DNA of 64,000 nt from the human T2T-CHM13v2.0 reference genome, Homo sapiens (GCF_009914755.1 NC_060928.1), one strand, 5' to 3'; shown: positions 1 through 19,049, counted from the first letter of the stretch. A program made the numbers and translations. Notes: generated by a model from the letters alone, not told the origin.

Positions 1-795
1 TTAGATCTCTCAGAAAACTGAGGCCACAGGGCAAACTACCACCCCAAAATCCAGCAGATGAGTGAATCTTGAGAGTCACTGCTGAAATATGTTTATCTGA
101 AGCAGTAGCAGCTGAAGTCAAAAACTGGTAGAAAAAAATGGTAAATTGGTAAATTGGGAGGCTGAGCATGCAGTAGCATAAGAATGAGAAACAGACAACT
201 GTTGACAGAAGTCTTGAAGAACACACTTTAATGGGATTTATCTCTAGAAAATCCATCAGGTTCTCATGATGAAGATGTGAGAAACAGCCCCTCCTGGCCC
301 TGGCAGGATGAGGGAAAGCATAGCCTTTGAAACATGCACAGAGCATTCTCCAAAACAAAGGCCTCCTCTCCACAAGAAATACTTTACCAGAGCCTTATCC
401 CACCTGATGGAAGGATGTTATCCTACGCCAGCTCCCTCTAGTCCTCTTTACTCATTAGAAGGAGAAAAAAAGCTAAGAAATACCCGTGAAGTTTGCAGCC
501 TAGGAAAACAGACTTACTAAAAGACATTATGCATAAGATTTTTGACAAAAAGAATTCTGTAAAATATTTAAAGAAGTTTATTCTGAGCCAGTATTAGTGA
601 CCATGGCCCAGGGAACGGTCTTATGAGAAACTGTGTCCAAGGCAATTCAGTTACAGTTTGAGTTTATATATTTTAGGGAGACAGGAATCATAGATAAAAT
701 CACAAATCAGCATATGGAAGGTATACATTTGTTCAGCCTAAAGAGGAGGGGTATCTTGAAGTGAGGAGGGGGATTGGGAGGAGCACTTACAGATC

Positions 796-3557
<2,762 letters not shown>

Positions 3558-6089
3558 AGGTCATAAGTGGATTCAAATATTTTCTGATTGGCAATTGGTT
3601 GAAAGAGTTAAATTTTGTCTAAGGACTTGGAGTAGAAAGAAATGCTTGAGTAAGATAAGGGGGCTTGTGGAGACCGAGGTTCTTGCTGTGAGATGAAACC
3701 TAATAGGTAGCAGTCTTCAGAGATAATAGATAGCAAATATCTCCTTTTGGACATTAAAAGATATGAGACTCAATTTATCTCTCCTAGATCAGAGAAAGAA
3801 CTGGCTGCATTAATGGAGATTCTCTACTGATGCAAATTTTCCCCATAAAAGATTGCTTTGCAGGGCTACTTCAAAATATGTAAAAAATATATTTTAGGAT
3901 AAAATATTTTTATTTCCTTCAGGGTCTGCTATCTTTCATGTGATGCTATACCTGAGTCAGGTTAGAATTTGATATTGCCACAAAGAGTCTGTCAATCTTA
4001 TGATCTCTGTTTTAATGTTAATGCTGGTCAGTTGTGCCTAAATTCCCAAAGGGATGGGGTTTAATGAGGCACTTCTGACCTCCCTTCCCAACATGGCCAG
4101 GAATTTAGTTTTTCAGTTTTCTCTGGGATCCCCTAGGCCCACAGAGGATCTCTTTAGTGGGTTGGGGTGGCTTAAAATTTTATTTTTTGTTTTACAGATT
4201 ATAGGACATTTCCCTTTTTATATCCCTCACTGGTACATCAGTGGTTCTCCAGTATGGTAACAGTGGAATACAGCTAAAAGAGCAGCTGGAAGGTGTACAG
4301 ACTGTCTCCACGGAGGAATACTTAGGAAAGTCCAAAGTAATGATGAGAAACAAAAATGCAAAACAAACAAACCAACCCCCCCAAAAAAAATTCTAGAGGA
4401 ATTTAAAAGCCTATATACCCAACTTTCTGTTACCTGATATATCATGCCCTCCTACTTTCAACAAAAAAATTACAAGGCATGCCTACAGGCAAGAAAGAGC
4501 ACTATATGAAGAGATAAAACAAGCATAAGAACTCAGATATGACAAAGATATTGGAATTATGAGATAAGGAATTAAAAATAACTGATTATTATGTTAAAGA
4601 TTCTAATAGGAAAAGCAGACAATATGAAAGACTTGATGGTAAACATAAACATAGAGATGGAAACTCTAAGAAATATCTAAAAGGAAACACTAGAAACCAT
4701 AATACTATAACAGACTTGAAGATTACTTTTGATGGGCTCCAAGAGTAGACAGGACATAAGTCAGGACAAGTGATAAGCAAATCAGTGGACTTGAAGATAA
4801 ATCAATAGAAACTGCTAAAAACTGAAATTCAATGAAAAAAATAGAATACACAAAAACAGAACAAAGCATCCAAGCATATGGAAAAATTTCAAAAGTGTAG
4901 CATTTACATAATGGGAATATTATAAGGAAAGGAAAGAGAAAACAGGGCAGAAGGAGTATGTAAAGTAATAGTGGTTAAGAATTTTCCCAAATTTATGACA
5001 GACAACAAAATTCAGATTCAGGAAGCTCAGAGAATACAAAGCAAGGTAAATAACAAAACAAACTAGGACTAGGCATATCATATTCAAACTGCAGATAACC
5101 AAAGACAAAAGAAGAATATTGAAATAAACTAGAGCAGAACATTCCCATAGAGAGCTAAGAATAAGAACTGTAATAAACTTCCAGTCAGAAACCATGCAAA
5201 CAATAACAAAGGGAAGTGACATAATTAAAAGAAAGAAGGACAGAACACAACCACCTAGAATCCAATATGCAGCGGCATCACCCTTCACATGTGAAGGAGA
5301 AATAAAGACTTTCTGAGACAAAAACTGGTGGAAGTCATTACCAGCAGACTTGCACTGTGAGAAATGTTAAAGATAGCTCTTTAGGGAGAATAAAAATAAA
5401 ACTTGAATCTACATAAAGAAGGAAGAACATCAAAGAAAGAATATGTGAAGGTAAATAAAACCTTTCATTTCTGATCTGGAAGATAACTGATACATAATGA
5501 TAAAGGGGTTAATTCTAAGAAGATAGAGCAATCCTAAGTTTGTATACACCTAGTACATAGAGACAAGCAATGCGAGGCAAAATTGGTAGATGTGAAAGGA
5601 GAAACCGACAAACTGCCATAATATTTGGAGACTTTAACACCCCTTATTAAGTAGTTAATATATCAAGCAGGCAGAAAATCAGTAAGGATATAAATGACCT
5701 GAAGAGCACTATCAATCAATATGATCTAATTGACATAGAATATGTCCAACAACAGCAAAAATCACGTTCTTTTGAAGCTCACAGGGAACATTCATCAAGA
5801 TAGTGTACATTCTGGCCCTTATAACACATCTCAACACAACCTCAAGTTTAAAAGAATAACAATTATACAATAAGATTTTAGAGCACTCAAAATCAATATT
5901 GGAATTAAACTTGAAGTCAACAACAGAAAGATAGCTGGAAAATTCCCAAATATTTTGTAATGAAACAACACACTTCTAAATACTACATGAGTTAAGGAAG
6001 TCACAAGTGAAATTTAAACATATTTTAGACTAAATGAAAATAAAAATACAACTTACCAAAATTTGCAGGATACGGACAAAGCAGTGTCA

Positions 6090-6458
6090 ATGCAGACCTG
6101 GGAAGTTCTGCTGGTTTTAGGTGGGTTTCCCCATGAGTCTGGGATTTGGCTGGAGGTAGGCTAATCTAGACTGGTTTTATCTGGGGGCTTAGCTCTGCTC
6201 TACAGGACTCTCTCCTTCCCCTGAGACCTGTGACTATCCCAGGCATTAGTTTTGCCAGTGCTGTCAAAGGTGTGAGAAAGCAAGCCCATCCATGCAAATA
6301 CTTCTCAAGCCTCTTGCTTGCATCATATCTGCCTACAACCCGTTGGCTCAAGCAAATCATATGGCCAAAACCAGAATCAAGAAGTAGGGAAGTACCTTCC
6401 ACACATGGATGGAAGTGGGGCTAAAAGAGTGAATATCTCAGAATAATAATCTATTACA
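6090..6458 (-). mobile_element. MLT1-type MaLR LTR fragment
   Basis: Motifs TTGGCTCAAGCAAATCATATGGCCAAAACCAGAATCAA typical of MLT1 LTRs. Confidence 0.55.
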
Positions 6459-6798
6459 ATAATATTGCCAACTTCAAATGGTTATTGTAAGTATTGAATT
6501 AAGATATTAAGTTATGTATTTATGTAAATTCAGCATAGTAGTTGGCACATAGTAAAAGCACCACCATTTTTAGCCATTTCTATTACTTTATTAGCCTCTG
6601 GAAATAAAACACGCATACTTCTTGTCCTCGTAGTGCTTATTAGTAAAACAGATGTTGCATATGTAAAGATAAGAAATGCCAGGTGTTGTGGGCAATATTT
6701 GGGAACTTTCTCCAGAATGAAGACTGATCTTGCATACAAGCCTAAAAGTACTGGCAATTCAAGTTCAAGCCTAAGTAAAATTACAAATATTCCAAATT

Positions 6799-7162
6799 AA
6801 AAAATGATGAGTTCATGTCCTTTGTAGGGACATGGATGAAATTGGAAACCATCATTCTCAGTAAACTATCGCAAGAACAAAAAACCAAACACTGCATATT
6901 CTCACTCCTAGGTGGGAATTGAACAATGAGATCACATGGACACAGGAAGGGGAACATCACACTGTGGGGACTGTTGTGGGGTGGGGGAGGGGGGAGGGAT
7001 AGCATTGGGAGACATACCTAATGCTAGATGACGAGTTAGTGGGTGCAGCACACCAGCATGGCACATGTATACGTATGTAACTAACCTGCACAATGTGCAC
7101 ATGTACCCTAAAACTTAAAGTATAATAATAAAAATAAATAAATAGAAAAAAAATAAAATAAA
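6799..7162 (+). mobile_element. 5'-truncated young L1PA (L1PA2/3-like) 3' end
   Basis: ORF2 end/3'UTR, G-rich tract, GAG (not ACA) diagnostic, A-rich tail. Confidence 0.9.
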
Positions 7163-7339
7163 ATCTTTAGAAATGACAATAAAAAGTCAAATTTTAGTAT
7201 TAAACTCTTGAATGTCATGAGTTTACTGTATTGCATTAGTCTTTAATCCAATCTTGGTCATTTTAAAAACAGTAAAAACCTTGTATGATTTATAGTTTCC
7301 AAGTTAGTTTACAGTTTCAAAGTTCAAAATGGCTAAACT

Positions 7340-7530
7340 TTACTGAACTCTTACCATGGGCCAGGCACAGTTTTAAATATTTTGTGCCTATTTAAGACCC
7401 ACAACATTTTAGGAGATAGTGATCCTATTATTTCTGTTATACAAGGGAAGAAAATCAGGCACAGAAATATTAAATGACTTGCCCAAAGTCACACAACTAG
7501 TAAATGGGGTAGTCAGGATTTGAACCCAGC
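7340..7530 (-). mobile_element. MIR
   Basis: Core TTGCCCAAAGTCACACAACTAGTAAATGG...GATTTGAACCCAG. Confidence 0.7.
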
Positions 7531-10500
7531 TGGCACCAAGTTCATGTCTTTAGTTCCCACCCCCTTCAATGCTTTCCCATATATCATTCCATTTAACATC
7601 ACTTCGCTCATTCATTTAAAAAATATTAATAGAACACAATAATGTTCCATGTATAGAGCCAGGCACTGGAGAATATGCAAAAAAGTACAAGACATAGGGC
7701 ATGGTTTGCCATCCAGAAAAGGAAAGAATTTAAAAAGTGTTCCTCAGGCCATTCTAGCATGGCCTAGAGAAATACATCTTCCCTCCCCAAGTCTTTATTT
7801 AATCTAGAAGAGAGAAGAGTCTTTTGGGAAACTCCACACACCAGAATTCTCCAGGTTATCAGTAGGATCCCAGGTACAACAGACCTCCATAGATGGGCTT
7901 GCTTTCTTGTGCCTTTGATCTATATTTCCCTTGAAAAAAAAATTCTTGATTGTTTTCTTTCATATGGTTTTAAAAACAAGGAGATATCCCTTTTTCCTCA
8001 ACAGCATTATATTCTGTTGTCATATCACAAAGAAACTGTGCCCCTACATCCTCAGTTTTCTATAGAACCAGACACTACAGCTTTTCAATTGGTTTACTCA
8101 ATATTCTGGCCTTTTCTGTTCATCCTCTGGCTAGGAAACATTCTGGGTTGCTTGCCTTTCATGTATCCACTCAGCCCAGTATCCACTCAGCCCCAACTAG
8201 TGATGCTCACTTCAAGCTAATACTGCCCAACCATCCTCCCATTTGGGTGACCCTCCTCTCTATCTGATAGACGATTTAGGTTAGGAAAAGATGTTATTTT
8301 TGGCTCTGCAGGCCTCTGAGAGTGGAGGCCAATTGTCAGCCTCAAATAGTCTACTTGTTTAGACTTCTCAGCCAGCTCCTGTAATTCTCATGCAAATGAT
8401 CCTCAAATCCTGGACCTAATGCTTCCTCACCAGAGCATGGGTTACTGTGAGATGAAGTGTCTGCATGTGTTCTCTACTTTTGGAGTCCCGTTTAAGCTAA
8501 GGAGATGTGACTTTCTTGGAGGAGGGGGTTTATAAAGTTGGCCTGTGATATGGCTTTAAACTAAGAGGCTTATTAACCCAACGTAGTTTGATGCTGTGTA
8601 GTCAAAAGGTAAAGCCAAACTGGGATCAAGCAGAAACTAAGCTAAAAGTGAGTTGAAGAGTGCTGACAGTCTGAAGGGTGAGACAGTCTCCAAAGGAGGA
8701 GGAAGAGCCACAAAGGGATTGGTGACTAGAGGACTGAATTGATGGAGAACAGTGTGTAATATTCAGACCATGATCAGTGAGAAAAGCTGGTGCTTGGGCA
8801 GTAGTTAGGAGGTCAACTCTATGGCAGAAGTAGACCAGTCTTGCGATGTAAATGGAACACCAGAAAGGCCAGGGATTTGAAATCTAATAATCCTAGTTTC
8901 AAATCCCAGCTTCATCACTGCCTGATATTGAATATGTTATTTAACTTTCAGGTTTTCATTAATAAATTGGAGATTATTATACCAAGTCCATGAATCGTTT
9001 TGAAGATTAAAAGAAGGAACATGTCTAATGTACCTAGCTTAATTTTTCACACAATCTGAACATTCAATAAATACAAATTTTCTCTTTCTTTGCTTCCTAG
9101 TCTTCTACCCCTCCCCTAACTGCACCATAATCTTGATTCATCTTTATAAACTGGTTTTGTTTACCTGTCTCAAACTGAGCGATTTTAAGAAGTTCTGATA
9201 ACCGTTTTCAATTCTTTCTAATTAGTTTAAAACTGTGGAATGCTATCTTTGTGCTTGAAATATCACACATTTCTCTAGGAACAATATGGCCCATTCTGAC
9301 GAACTGATAAAGTCTAATTTTCCTTTCGACTAAAGTGAAATGTTCTTTATCCAAAAAGCCATGAAGAGTAAAGCAATAAATAAAGTATCTTGGCCTTAAG
9401 AAGGTAAAATTTATTCCCTTACCAGAAACAAAACAATGAGCACTCAAAACTTAGCATTAAATTCTGAGCAAATTCTGAGCAAAACTTAACATTGAATTCA
9501 TGATTAAAATACAAGCAAATCATTTAAACAAATTCACACAAGCCTGTAATATTAATTCCAAAATTAATGATGCTATATTTAAAAAATGTAAGGGAAATTG
9601 CATTATTAGAAACTCTAAGGGCCCAGACAAGTTTTACTGTACTTGTACCTAGAGTATTCCTTGAAATGGAAAAATCATATGAGAAATCTTTTTTTACAGT
9701 AATTTTAGATGTAGTAGTTTTTGTCATACAGGATTTAACCTATAAGTTAGGGAAATTATAATGTACAGAGGTAACTGTCAAACTTTTTAAACCAATAATA
9801 TGTTTCTTTAAATGAAATGTTATGTGGAAGACCTATATACATAATAAAAAATAGCAATAGTGAGAGTGAGAACCTGGAATTTATCTTCTTCAGAAACACA
9901 TATTCTCTCTCCAATGTCTGACCCCTACAGAGACTCTTAGCCCCCAGCTCCCTCAGAAAGCTCCTAAGGCTTCAGGATCCACAAGATAGTCACGGTTCTA
10001 AAGCACCATCAAACCACTTTTTTTCTAAATTGCTTATTGTAACCAATTAATGTGTCATTAAATAAATTTTAATAAATCTCAGCTATATTTTAGCTTTCAA
10101 ATGAAATTTAAAAAGATGAAAGTGGCTTCTCAACAATTTCTTTTTAAATATTTATTTCAGATATAAATGAATATATATTCCTGGGTATGCTGCATCATAA
10201 TTTAAAAAGGATTTTAGGTCTAGAAGACCACATACTACTTCATGAGGTTGAGAAAACCTCATGAAAATGGTAACATTTTGGTAAGGTGATTTTTAAATGA
10301 CAAACTTCCAACTCTAATAAAATATAATGAAAGCGTATTTAGAAGAAAAGTTATAACTAAACACACGTATAGACCAATCAATGAAGAAGTTGGAAGCAAG
10401 AATTTTGTTAGCAATAAAAAAAGTAGCTGGATATTTTTAGCAGTTTATTTATTTATAACATTATAAGTTCCATGCTATTTTTGTATCTATCTAAAAAGTG

Positions 10501-11252
10501 CTTTGGTTTCAAACCTAAGATTATTGAATAACTTGGCCTGTCTCTTACACTCTAAGTCCTTTATAGAGAAACATATGTGAAAATATTTCAAATGCTTTAA
10601 GTGCAAAAAGTGGGCATAGCAAATAACTTGGTAAATCCATGGAATTGGGTGATGTGTCTTCTCCTCATAGCACTGCAGATGTATTTGTCTTTTAGGTTCC
10701 AGCATCATTCCTGTATTAATTTTCAAATAAACATCCAAAAGAGATCAGTTTCTTTTTATGTGGAGCACAAAGATATTGTGTTGGTTAGACTCCAATTGCT
10801 GAGTTGCCAATAGGAGTCCCTTGGCTCCTTAAGCTACACAGTATTTTTTCCAAAATGATGCATCTTATTTCTGACCAGCTTTTCTTAACATGATTCGAGA
10901 TGTCATAAAGTCTTCAAAAAGCAGCATATTCTGAAGATTTCTTAAAGTATTTCTTCTGCTCAACAGCCTCCACCAAACGCATTATATGACATTGTGACTT
11001 GTGAGTGATACTGATCAATGTTGAGAAGTAATCTTATGTGGACTGGTTAATGGGCAACCCTTCCTTACCATTGGCCCTAAATTTGAATCGTAGGTCTCTA
11101 ACAAAACTGGTCTGGGAGCTAGTTGAGATAACATACACATCATTAATGTAACAGGAATCACAGTTGCAATAATTATTAATATTGTAGTGTTTGATTACTA
11201 TCAGATATAGAATGACCTAGTTCCAATGTAATTTTCATCTCTTCCTATAACC

Positions 11253-11896
11253 TGTAAAACCAAATAAAATGACTGAGGTGCATTCCAATCAATTTAGAAG
11301 GTTTTCTTTTTCCTTTTTGCCAAGGTTGAGGATATGCCCCGGATAAAGAAACACAAGCCAGAGCAGAATCTGTAGCCTGCACTTTCTTCAAAGAGGATTT
11401 TGAGGGCTTTGATATTTAAAGGGGAAAAAGTGGGCAGGAAGGGAAAGGGGAAAGAAAAGAAAGATGGAGGGTATGATCACATTGTTATGACAGTTTGATT
11501 AGCCTTACTGAATCCACATGTTGCACGTAAAAAGAAGGGGTGGAGGAAACAATTATATATTTATCTCGTGCTCAGTACACCTGCAATTTACATAAATCAA
11601 CATCGAGTAGAGGAAGAAGTCAAGTATACATTTGGCTCAGGATGGGCAGGGTGCAGGGGACAATTTCTGGTTTTTCTTGTCCTGTACCCTGAAGATAAGC
11701 AGTTTATATATGAATACATAGTCAGGGTGAGGGAGGCCACCGCAAAGACATGTGGCATTCTACATGTATATCTATCAGTTAAGTAACAAAAGGAAAGGCA
11801 GTTTTGTGTGTGTGTGTGTGTGATTCAGCTTCCACACTTCACTTTTCTCTTTTGGCATAGTGAATTTGGGGTCTGGATATTTATTTTCCTTTTACA
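11253..11896 (-). mobile_element. MER41-family ERV1 solo LTR
   Basis: TG...CA termini, near-TSD AACC/AATC, MER41-like ends (TTTGCCAAGGTTGAGGA; TTATTTTCCTTTTACA). Confidence 0.65.
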
Positions 11897-12906
11897 AATC
11901 TATCAAATGGAATTCAGCTTTGGTAATCAAAAAATTCATTCAACAACCATATATTTACTGTCTACTACATGCAAAAAAATACACTAGAGACAGCAGGGTA
12001 TCCAAACACAAGGAAGGCGTCATTGTGGCTTCAAGAATATTCAAACCTGGCATTGAAGAGGACGCAACTTTTAAATCAGCACTAAGAAGAGCAATAGCTA
12101 GTACTTATTGAGTAACTTATATGTGCCAGGCAATGTTCTAAAATTTTTTACTTTAGTACTTTCATTTTCACAACTGTCTTATCATCTCATTTTATATATG
12201 AGAAACTTGCTCAATATCACACAATTACTTAACAGTGGAGCCTGTATTCAAAGGTGGACATCTAAGAACCTTCACTTACTTCTAGTGTGCCATGCAGCCT
12301 TTCTGATACAAAACAAACTATATATGTAAAACATTATGGGGATTTTTAAAGATGTAAAAATACACACCGAACTGCAAAATCACGACTTCTTAAATGGGAT
12401 GGTTTTGCAAATAAAAGTTGAACTATAATTGGGATTTTAACATCTAAACACAGGGATGATGGTAACCAGTTTAGAATGAGAAGGGGAACAAAATCTGGAA
12501 GTCAACAGAGTGGAGAAAATGTTTTCGCTATGATTTTTAGAAAGTCAATTATAACCTGTCTTTCGAGATATTTAACAATGACGAAAAGGTGAAACTGTTA
12601 AAGGTTGTGATAAGGTGGAAGACTTTGTGAGGGCTCGGGGAAGATGGGACTTAAGTATGGTGAGAAAGAAAAGAAAGTAGTAGAATAAGAGATTGGTAAA
12701 GATTTAAGGGAGAATAATAACCAGACAAGACTCAGAAGGAGGTAAGAAGCAAGTCAATAAAGAATACATGAAGAGGGACCAGGAAGAAGGAGTCTTCTTT
12801 TTAAGAAATGGCAATGAAGAACAATGTGGTAAATGAGTTAATATAAAAAGTCAGAGGATATAGAAAAAAGCTACTATATTTAACAACATCTTAAGTTCTG
12901 ATTTAA

Positions 12907-13326
<420 letters not shown>

Positions 13327-16300
13327 TGATCAGTGAGGTCAATAGACATTTACCAATTAATTTATTTACCAAATATTTATTGAGCATGTATTGTGTGTCA
13401 GATACCATGTTAAGTACCAAGAATATAAAATAAATAAAAAAAAGAATTATCTCTTTCTTCTAGAGCTTTCCTTTTAATGGGAGAAGCAAAGAAATAGATA
13501 TATGAAGAAGTGATAAGTGTTCTGATAGAATAAGTCCAAAATGTAATGCAAGGTTATCAGTCAAGTAACCTAACATGGTCCAGGAAGATCAGGGAAGACT
13601 TCTGAAGGAAGTGGTATTTAAGTAGAGACTAATTTGAGAGTTGACCAGGACAAGAAATAAGCAAAAGTACCAATTAACTTGATCTCAAGTGTCATATAAA
13701 ATATTTTGAATTCAAAAGTCACAAAAGTGGAAATGTTATATAACCCCAAGGCTTCAACCCTCAAATTTACCCTCTAACATTAAAAAAAAATCCTACCTTG
13801 TTGTTGTACTATTGATTTGATTTAGTTTTTTCCTTCTAAATATATTTTATTGACCTGTGATTCTGGAGGGTCAGGGTTTCTCAGAGCTTCCAGAGACCTT
13901 TGTACAGCAGATGTGTTAACAAAGAGCAGAAAGTTTCATCTTTGAGTGCTCTAATGTTCACGAGACTGGCGTTACAGGTAGCTATATAGAGAAGGGTAGC
14001 TATAAATGAACAACCATTTGTTTTGGAGACCCACGGTACATGGGATATATGTTTTCCAAGTCCAAAGACACACCTTGTCATCTAGGTAGGACACAGATGG
14101 CCTCTAGGGAATTGGCTTAAACTTTACATAAAACTTAGATATTCTGTTGGTGAGATTTGGAGTTTCATTTAACTTCATTTTTTTCATATACTCTTAAGAA
14201 TACAGTTGCACTGAGTCAGAAAGAACGGATCTAAAGTATTATTTCTTCTGGTACAAAGGTGGAAAGTTAACTGGATGTTATATGTAAGTGAGTTTTGGAA
14301 GATGTCTTTAAAGGAAGGAAAATTAATGGTGTTCCAGGAAGTTTGTGGGGTTGACTGGTGAGATGTCAAGCATTTTGAGGGATTCTGAGGCTGGATTTAT
14401 AGTCTGAGAGAGACATAGACACTTGAAAGTAGAGTCTAGAAGCCTTAAGAATGATTTTCTTTCATTTCATCATTTTTCTGATATGCCATTCTGAGATTCA
14501 AATCAGTTCAAGTTCCATAGCACCATGTTAACACTGAGCACGTTGACTCATATTTGTTTCTCAGTCTCACCTTTTAGCCCTCACTGAAGATAAAAGTTTT
14601 TCCCCCAAAATTGAGGTAGATTGGAAAGGAATAAGAAGAGAGACCAATAAATTTAAATAAGGATTGAATGTAATATTAAGTATAGAATCTTAGAGAATCA
14701 CGTTGTTCCTAATCTCATTATTGCAATGTGCAAGAATATTTTTCTTAAGTAGAAATAATGTTTATAATTGCTATGTAGTATTAGAGAAAATTATTTTTGA
14801 TGTTTCTTTCAAATTAAATAGAAAAATGTAAGTATGCATGTCATAGTAAGATTTACAATAAGTAGCTTTTCTATCCCATTCATCTGAATATATCGTAGGT
14901 TAGACAAAGGCCCACATGGAAGAATGATTTATCTCTACTACCTGATTTTTACACTTACACTTTGACAACTTACAAGAGGCCCAGGCCATAAATGTCTTCA
15001 TTCTGAAGCTCACTCATATCCATCCTCACTTACGGATTATTTGGAATTAGAAGAAATACATGATTTTATACGTCTGTAATTTGACTTATATCCTCTCTAT
15101 GCTTCTGAACTTTCTCCTGAAAGGTTACCGGTGATCTCATTACTGCCACATCTTTTCCTCCATTCCTATTGTTTTGACGTCATTGTTCCACCTGCTATTG
15201 GTGCCTATGCTTCCTCTTGGGAACACCCACCTCCTTCTCCTTTGAGAATCCAGCGCTATCATGACTACTCTTACTATTTTTAACTCTTTTGTATCTCCTG
15301 GCCCTAAACAAATATCTGATATGTATTATTGTCAATGATTATATCTTATAGTTTTGTCTCACTCTTTCATTAAACATAATCTTATTTGAGTCCCATGAAG
15401 GACAGAAGCAACTATCTGCAAGGTGTAGAGATGAGGCTAATATAGTTTCAATGTCATAAGGCCAAGGGACTCAGAAATGGTGAGAGACAGGATTCAAACC
15501 TAGGACTTCTGACTATTAATTTGGTGTCTTTTTGGCTTGACTGATTATTTTCTTTTCTGGTATTTAGAATATTCAATTTATATACTTTTCTCCCATCAGA
15601 AAAATTGAAACTTTCTTTATGAATGTGGTTTGGGTCATACAACAAGATTGACTTCTTAATCCTCAGCAGGATCTGGATTTTCTAGCTCCTAAATCCTCAT
15701 ATTGTGTTCTGTGGAGTTCATGATTCATATGTTTTAAGCAAAGGGAGGAACATAAAAAAAGGAAAAAAAAAAAGCCTGAGCAAAAATCTTAGGAGAGATG
15801 AAGTCAAGATTTTAGAAAACCGGAGAAACCTGTTTATAAGATGTATAATTTTTCCATATCCTGAGGACATTATCTGTGCTATCACTCTAGAATATTTTAG
15901 CCAATACCTTTGCACACTTGCCTAAGGTTGCCTAATGTTTAAAGGCACATACAGGTCAAGAAATAATGAAGTTGTGGTTCTATATTCTTAATGTGGTACC
16001 AAGTAAGCTATGTGATTAGAGATCATGTAGTTCAAGCCTACATTTTAAGGATAAGAAAAGTCTGATTCAGAGAGGTTAAATAACCTATGCAAGATCAGGT
16101 AACAATTTATTTTCAGAGTCAGGACGAGAGCTTGAATCTAGAATGTATAGTTCAATATTCTTTATCTTTCCGTGTTTTAGTTAAGACTAAAGCTGTTTGC
16201 TTGTAAAGCTGCATTGATTTGGGATTCTTTCTGGACCAAATGAATTAGAATCCTGGAAAGGTAAGGCCCAGATATAATTATATATTTTTGAAGCTGACCA

Positions 16301-17789
16301 AATGATTTAAAAATGTATCCACAGGTGAGAACCAGAGTCCAATAAATCTTACAATAAAATTTTAATAATTTACACAAATAATCCCTTACAGAGTAAGATG
16401 CCCTAGAAGACATAATCTTACTTAAGTGTAATTTTATTGGGGGCTATTTAAGTTCAAATATATATTACAAGTAATAAAGACTTTAATGGCTATTGTTTCA
16501 TTGCATTCACTAGCAATGTTTTACTGTCTGTTGGTGGTAGTGATAAACAGAGAAAAACATACTAATCATGAAAAAATTCTTGGAGTTTTTTTGGCATTGC
16601 ACTCAGTCATCTGCGTATTTTACCTCCAGAGTCTGCATAAATTAGGTACTGCTTATTGAATCTTAGATATAGGAAGTAATTCAGATATCTTTAAGGAGAT
16701 TGAAAGACAAGAAGATTTCAAGTTTAAATGTCTACTATGTATGTTTTATCCTTTTTCTACATCTGAGAAGAACATTAACATTAATATTTGTAAAAACCAC
16801 ATAAATCCACATATGATTATGAAATAATCATGTAAATGATTGACAAGTAAAATGCAAAGTTCCTCGAATTAAATATATGCATTTAAATGGCTGTCTTGTG
16901 GTTGCATGAGACATAAAATGTTGAATGAATGGCTTTTTGAAAGTTAGCATTTTAACTGTTAAATGTTGCTTAAGGAGAAGGAAACATACAATTATATGCA
17001 ACTAGGTGTTAGCTAAACATAAAACATGAAAAAGCAGTCCTTTAAGTAGGTATAGCTGCATTCCTAATTCATCATCAGTATGTGTATAAATTACTGCTGT
17101 GTGGGTTTGCATAAGTGGCTGAAGGGGAGGTTCTTCTATTATTAGGGCGCAACTCATGGCAAGTATAACAAGCAGCAGCTTCAGAATCATCTAGGTTCCT
17201 AAAATCAAATACTATCTGGCCTTTTAATATTTTGTGATTACTGGGTAATTTTCAAGAGAATTATGTTGATGAAATTCACGGATGTCATTTTCGCTGTGAC
17301 ATTTTTAGAATAAAATGGTTTTCATAAACACAATGAGCAATAAAAAAGTGTAATTAGCAAATGCTTTAGCGATGGAAACTGAAAGATTGGCAAACATGAT
17401 TTTCTTCTTGATAAAAAGACAACAACATATAAATTTCTTTTTCAGAAAAAATTAAAAACTATCTGCAAAGGAATATGAATGTTCTTTGCAATTAATCTGA
17501 GACTAAAAAACTCCAGAAACACAGATTTTAACTTAAAAAATGAGAGGATCATATGTGTAACAAACTTTGAACTTTAGGTGCACTTAATGCTACACGCTAA
17601 AGAAATATAATATGATAGCAAAGAGTATAGATGCTGTAGTCAGGCTGCCTGGTTTGAATCCCATCTCTGCGATTTATGAGCTAAAGAACCTTGGGTGAAT
17701 TTCTTAATCCTTTTTGCTTTAATCTAAAAAATGAAATAAAAGAGTACTGACTTCATAGGGCTATTTTGAGGAATAAATAAGCAGATATA

Positions 17790-18102
17790 TTTATATTTTA
17801 TTTTATTTTACTTTTTTGAGACAGGGTCTTACTCTGTTGTCCAGGCTAGAGTGTAGTAGTATAATCATGGCTCACTGTAGCCTTGACCTCCTGGGCTCAA
17901 GTGATCTTCCCACCTCAGCCTCGGAGTAGCTGGGACTACAGGCATGTGCTACTTTGCCTGGCTAATTTTTTTTATTTTCATTTTTGTAGAGACAAAGTCT
18001 CACTGTTTCCCAGGCTAGTATCAAACTCCTGAGCTCAAGTAATCCCCCTGCCTCAGCCTCCCAAATTGCTGAGATTACAGTCATGAGCCACAGTGGCTGG
18101 CC
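17790..18102 (-). mobile_element. AluJ inserted within a MIR (~17610-18170)
   Basis: Diverged reverse Alu; MIR core on the left flank. Confidence 0.85.
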
Positions 18103-18702
18103 ACCAAATATATTTTGAACCACTTAGTGAGTTATAAGTATCATGTAGAAATATTTGCTGCTATTATTCTTATTATTTGTTATATCTCATTTAGATTTAA
18201 GAACAAGTATCCATTACTTTCATGTTCCTTTCCACTTATAGTTTTGAATAAATAGAATAAATTGTATTTTAATGAATCCTCTCATCTAATCAGCTATTGG
18301 CTAATCAGCCATCCATATCAGTCACTCAATACTCAAATGGTATGTAAATTTTTAAATGCGTTGGAGTCATTTTTCATTTCAGAAAAACTCTCAAATTATC
18401 AAGATAATCAATAAGAAAATATAATTTAGATTTCAGTAAACTTTAAAACTTTCTTAGTTCTTGTTTTCTTCTACATCTAATTTTCTATTGAAAGAAAAAC
18501 AAGAGAATTTACTTTTTGAGTTCTTAAACCAATTCAAGAATGGATTAGTCCACAGGAAAAATATTTTAAAAAAAATCTATGATAAAAGCTATTTAAGTAA
18601 AATAGAGTATTACTACATTCAATATATGTTTCTTCCTTTTCTCTATTTTGTCTCTAACTGGATTGTTTTTGGGGTTCAGAATTGCAACTTTCTCTATATC
18701 TA

Positions 18703-19049
<347 letters not shown>

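Noticed and set aside
8163-9480. Short tandem duplications (16 bp at 8163-8193; 11 bp at 9459-9480)
   Set aside because: Ordinary slippage products in intergenic DNA with no context suggesting function
11253-11896. MER41 as an interferon-gamma/STAT1 enhancer
   Set aside because: I found no tandem GAS (TTCnnnGAA) motifs of the MER41A/B type in this copy
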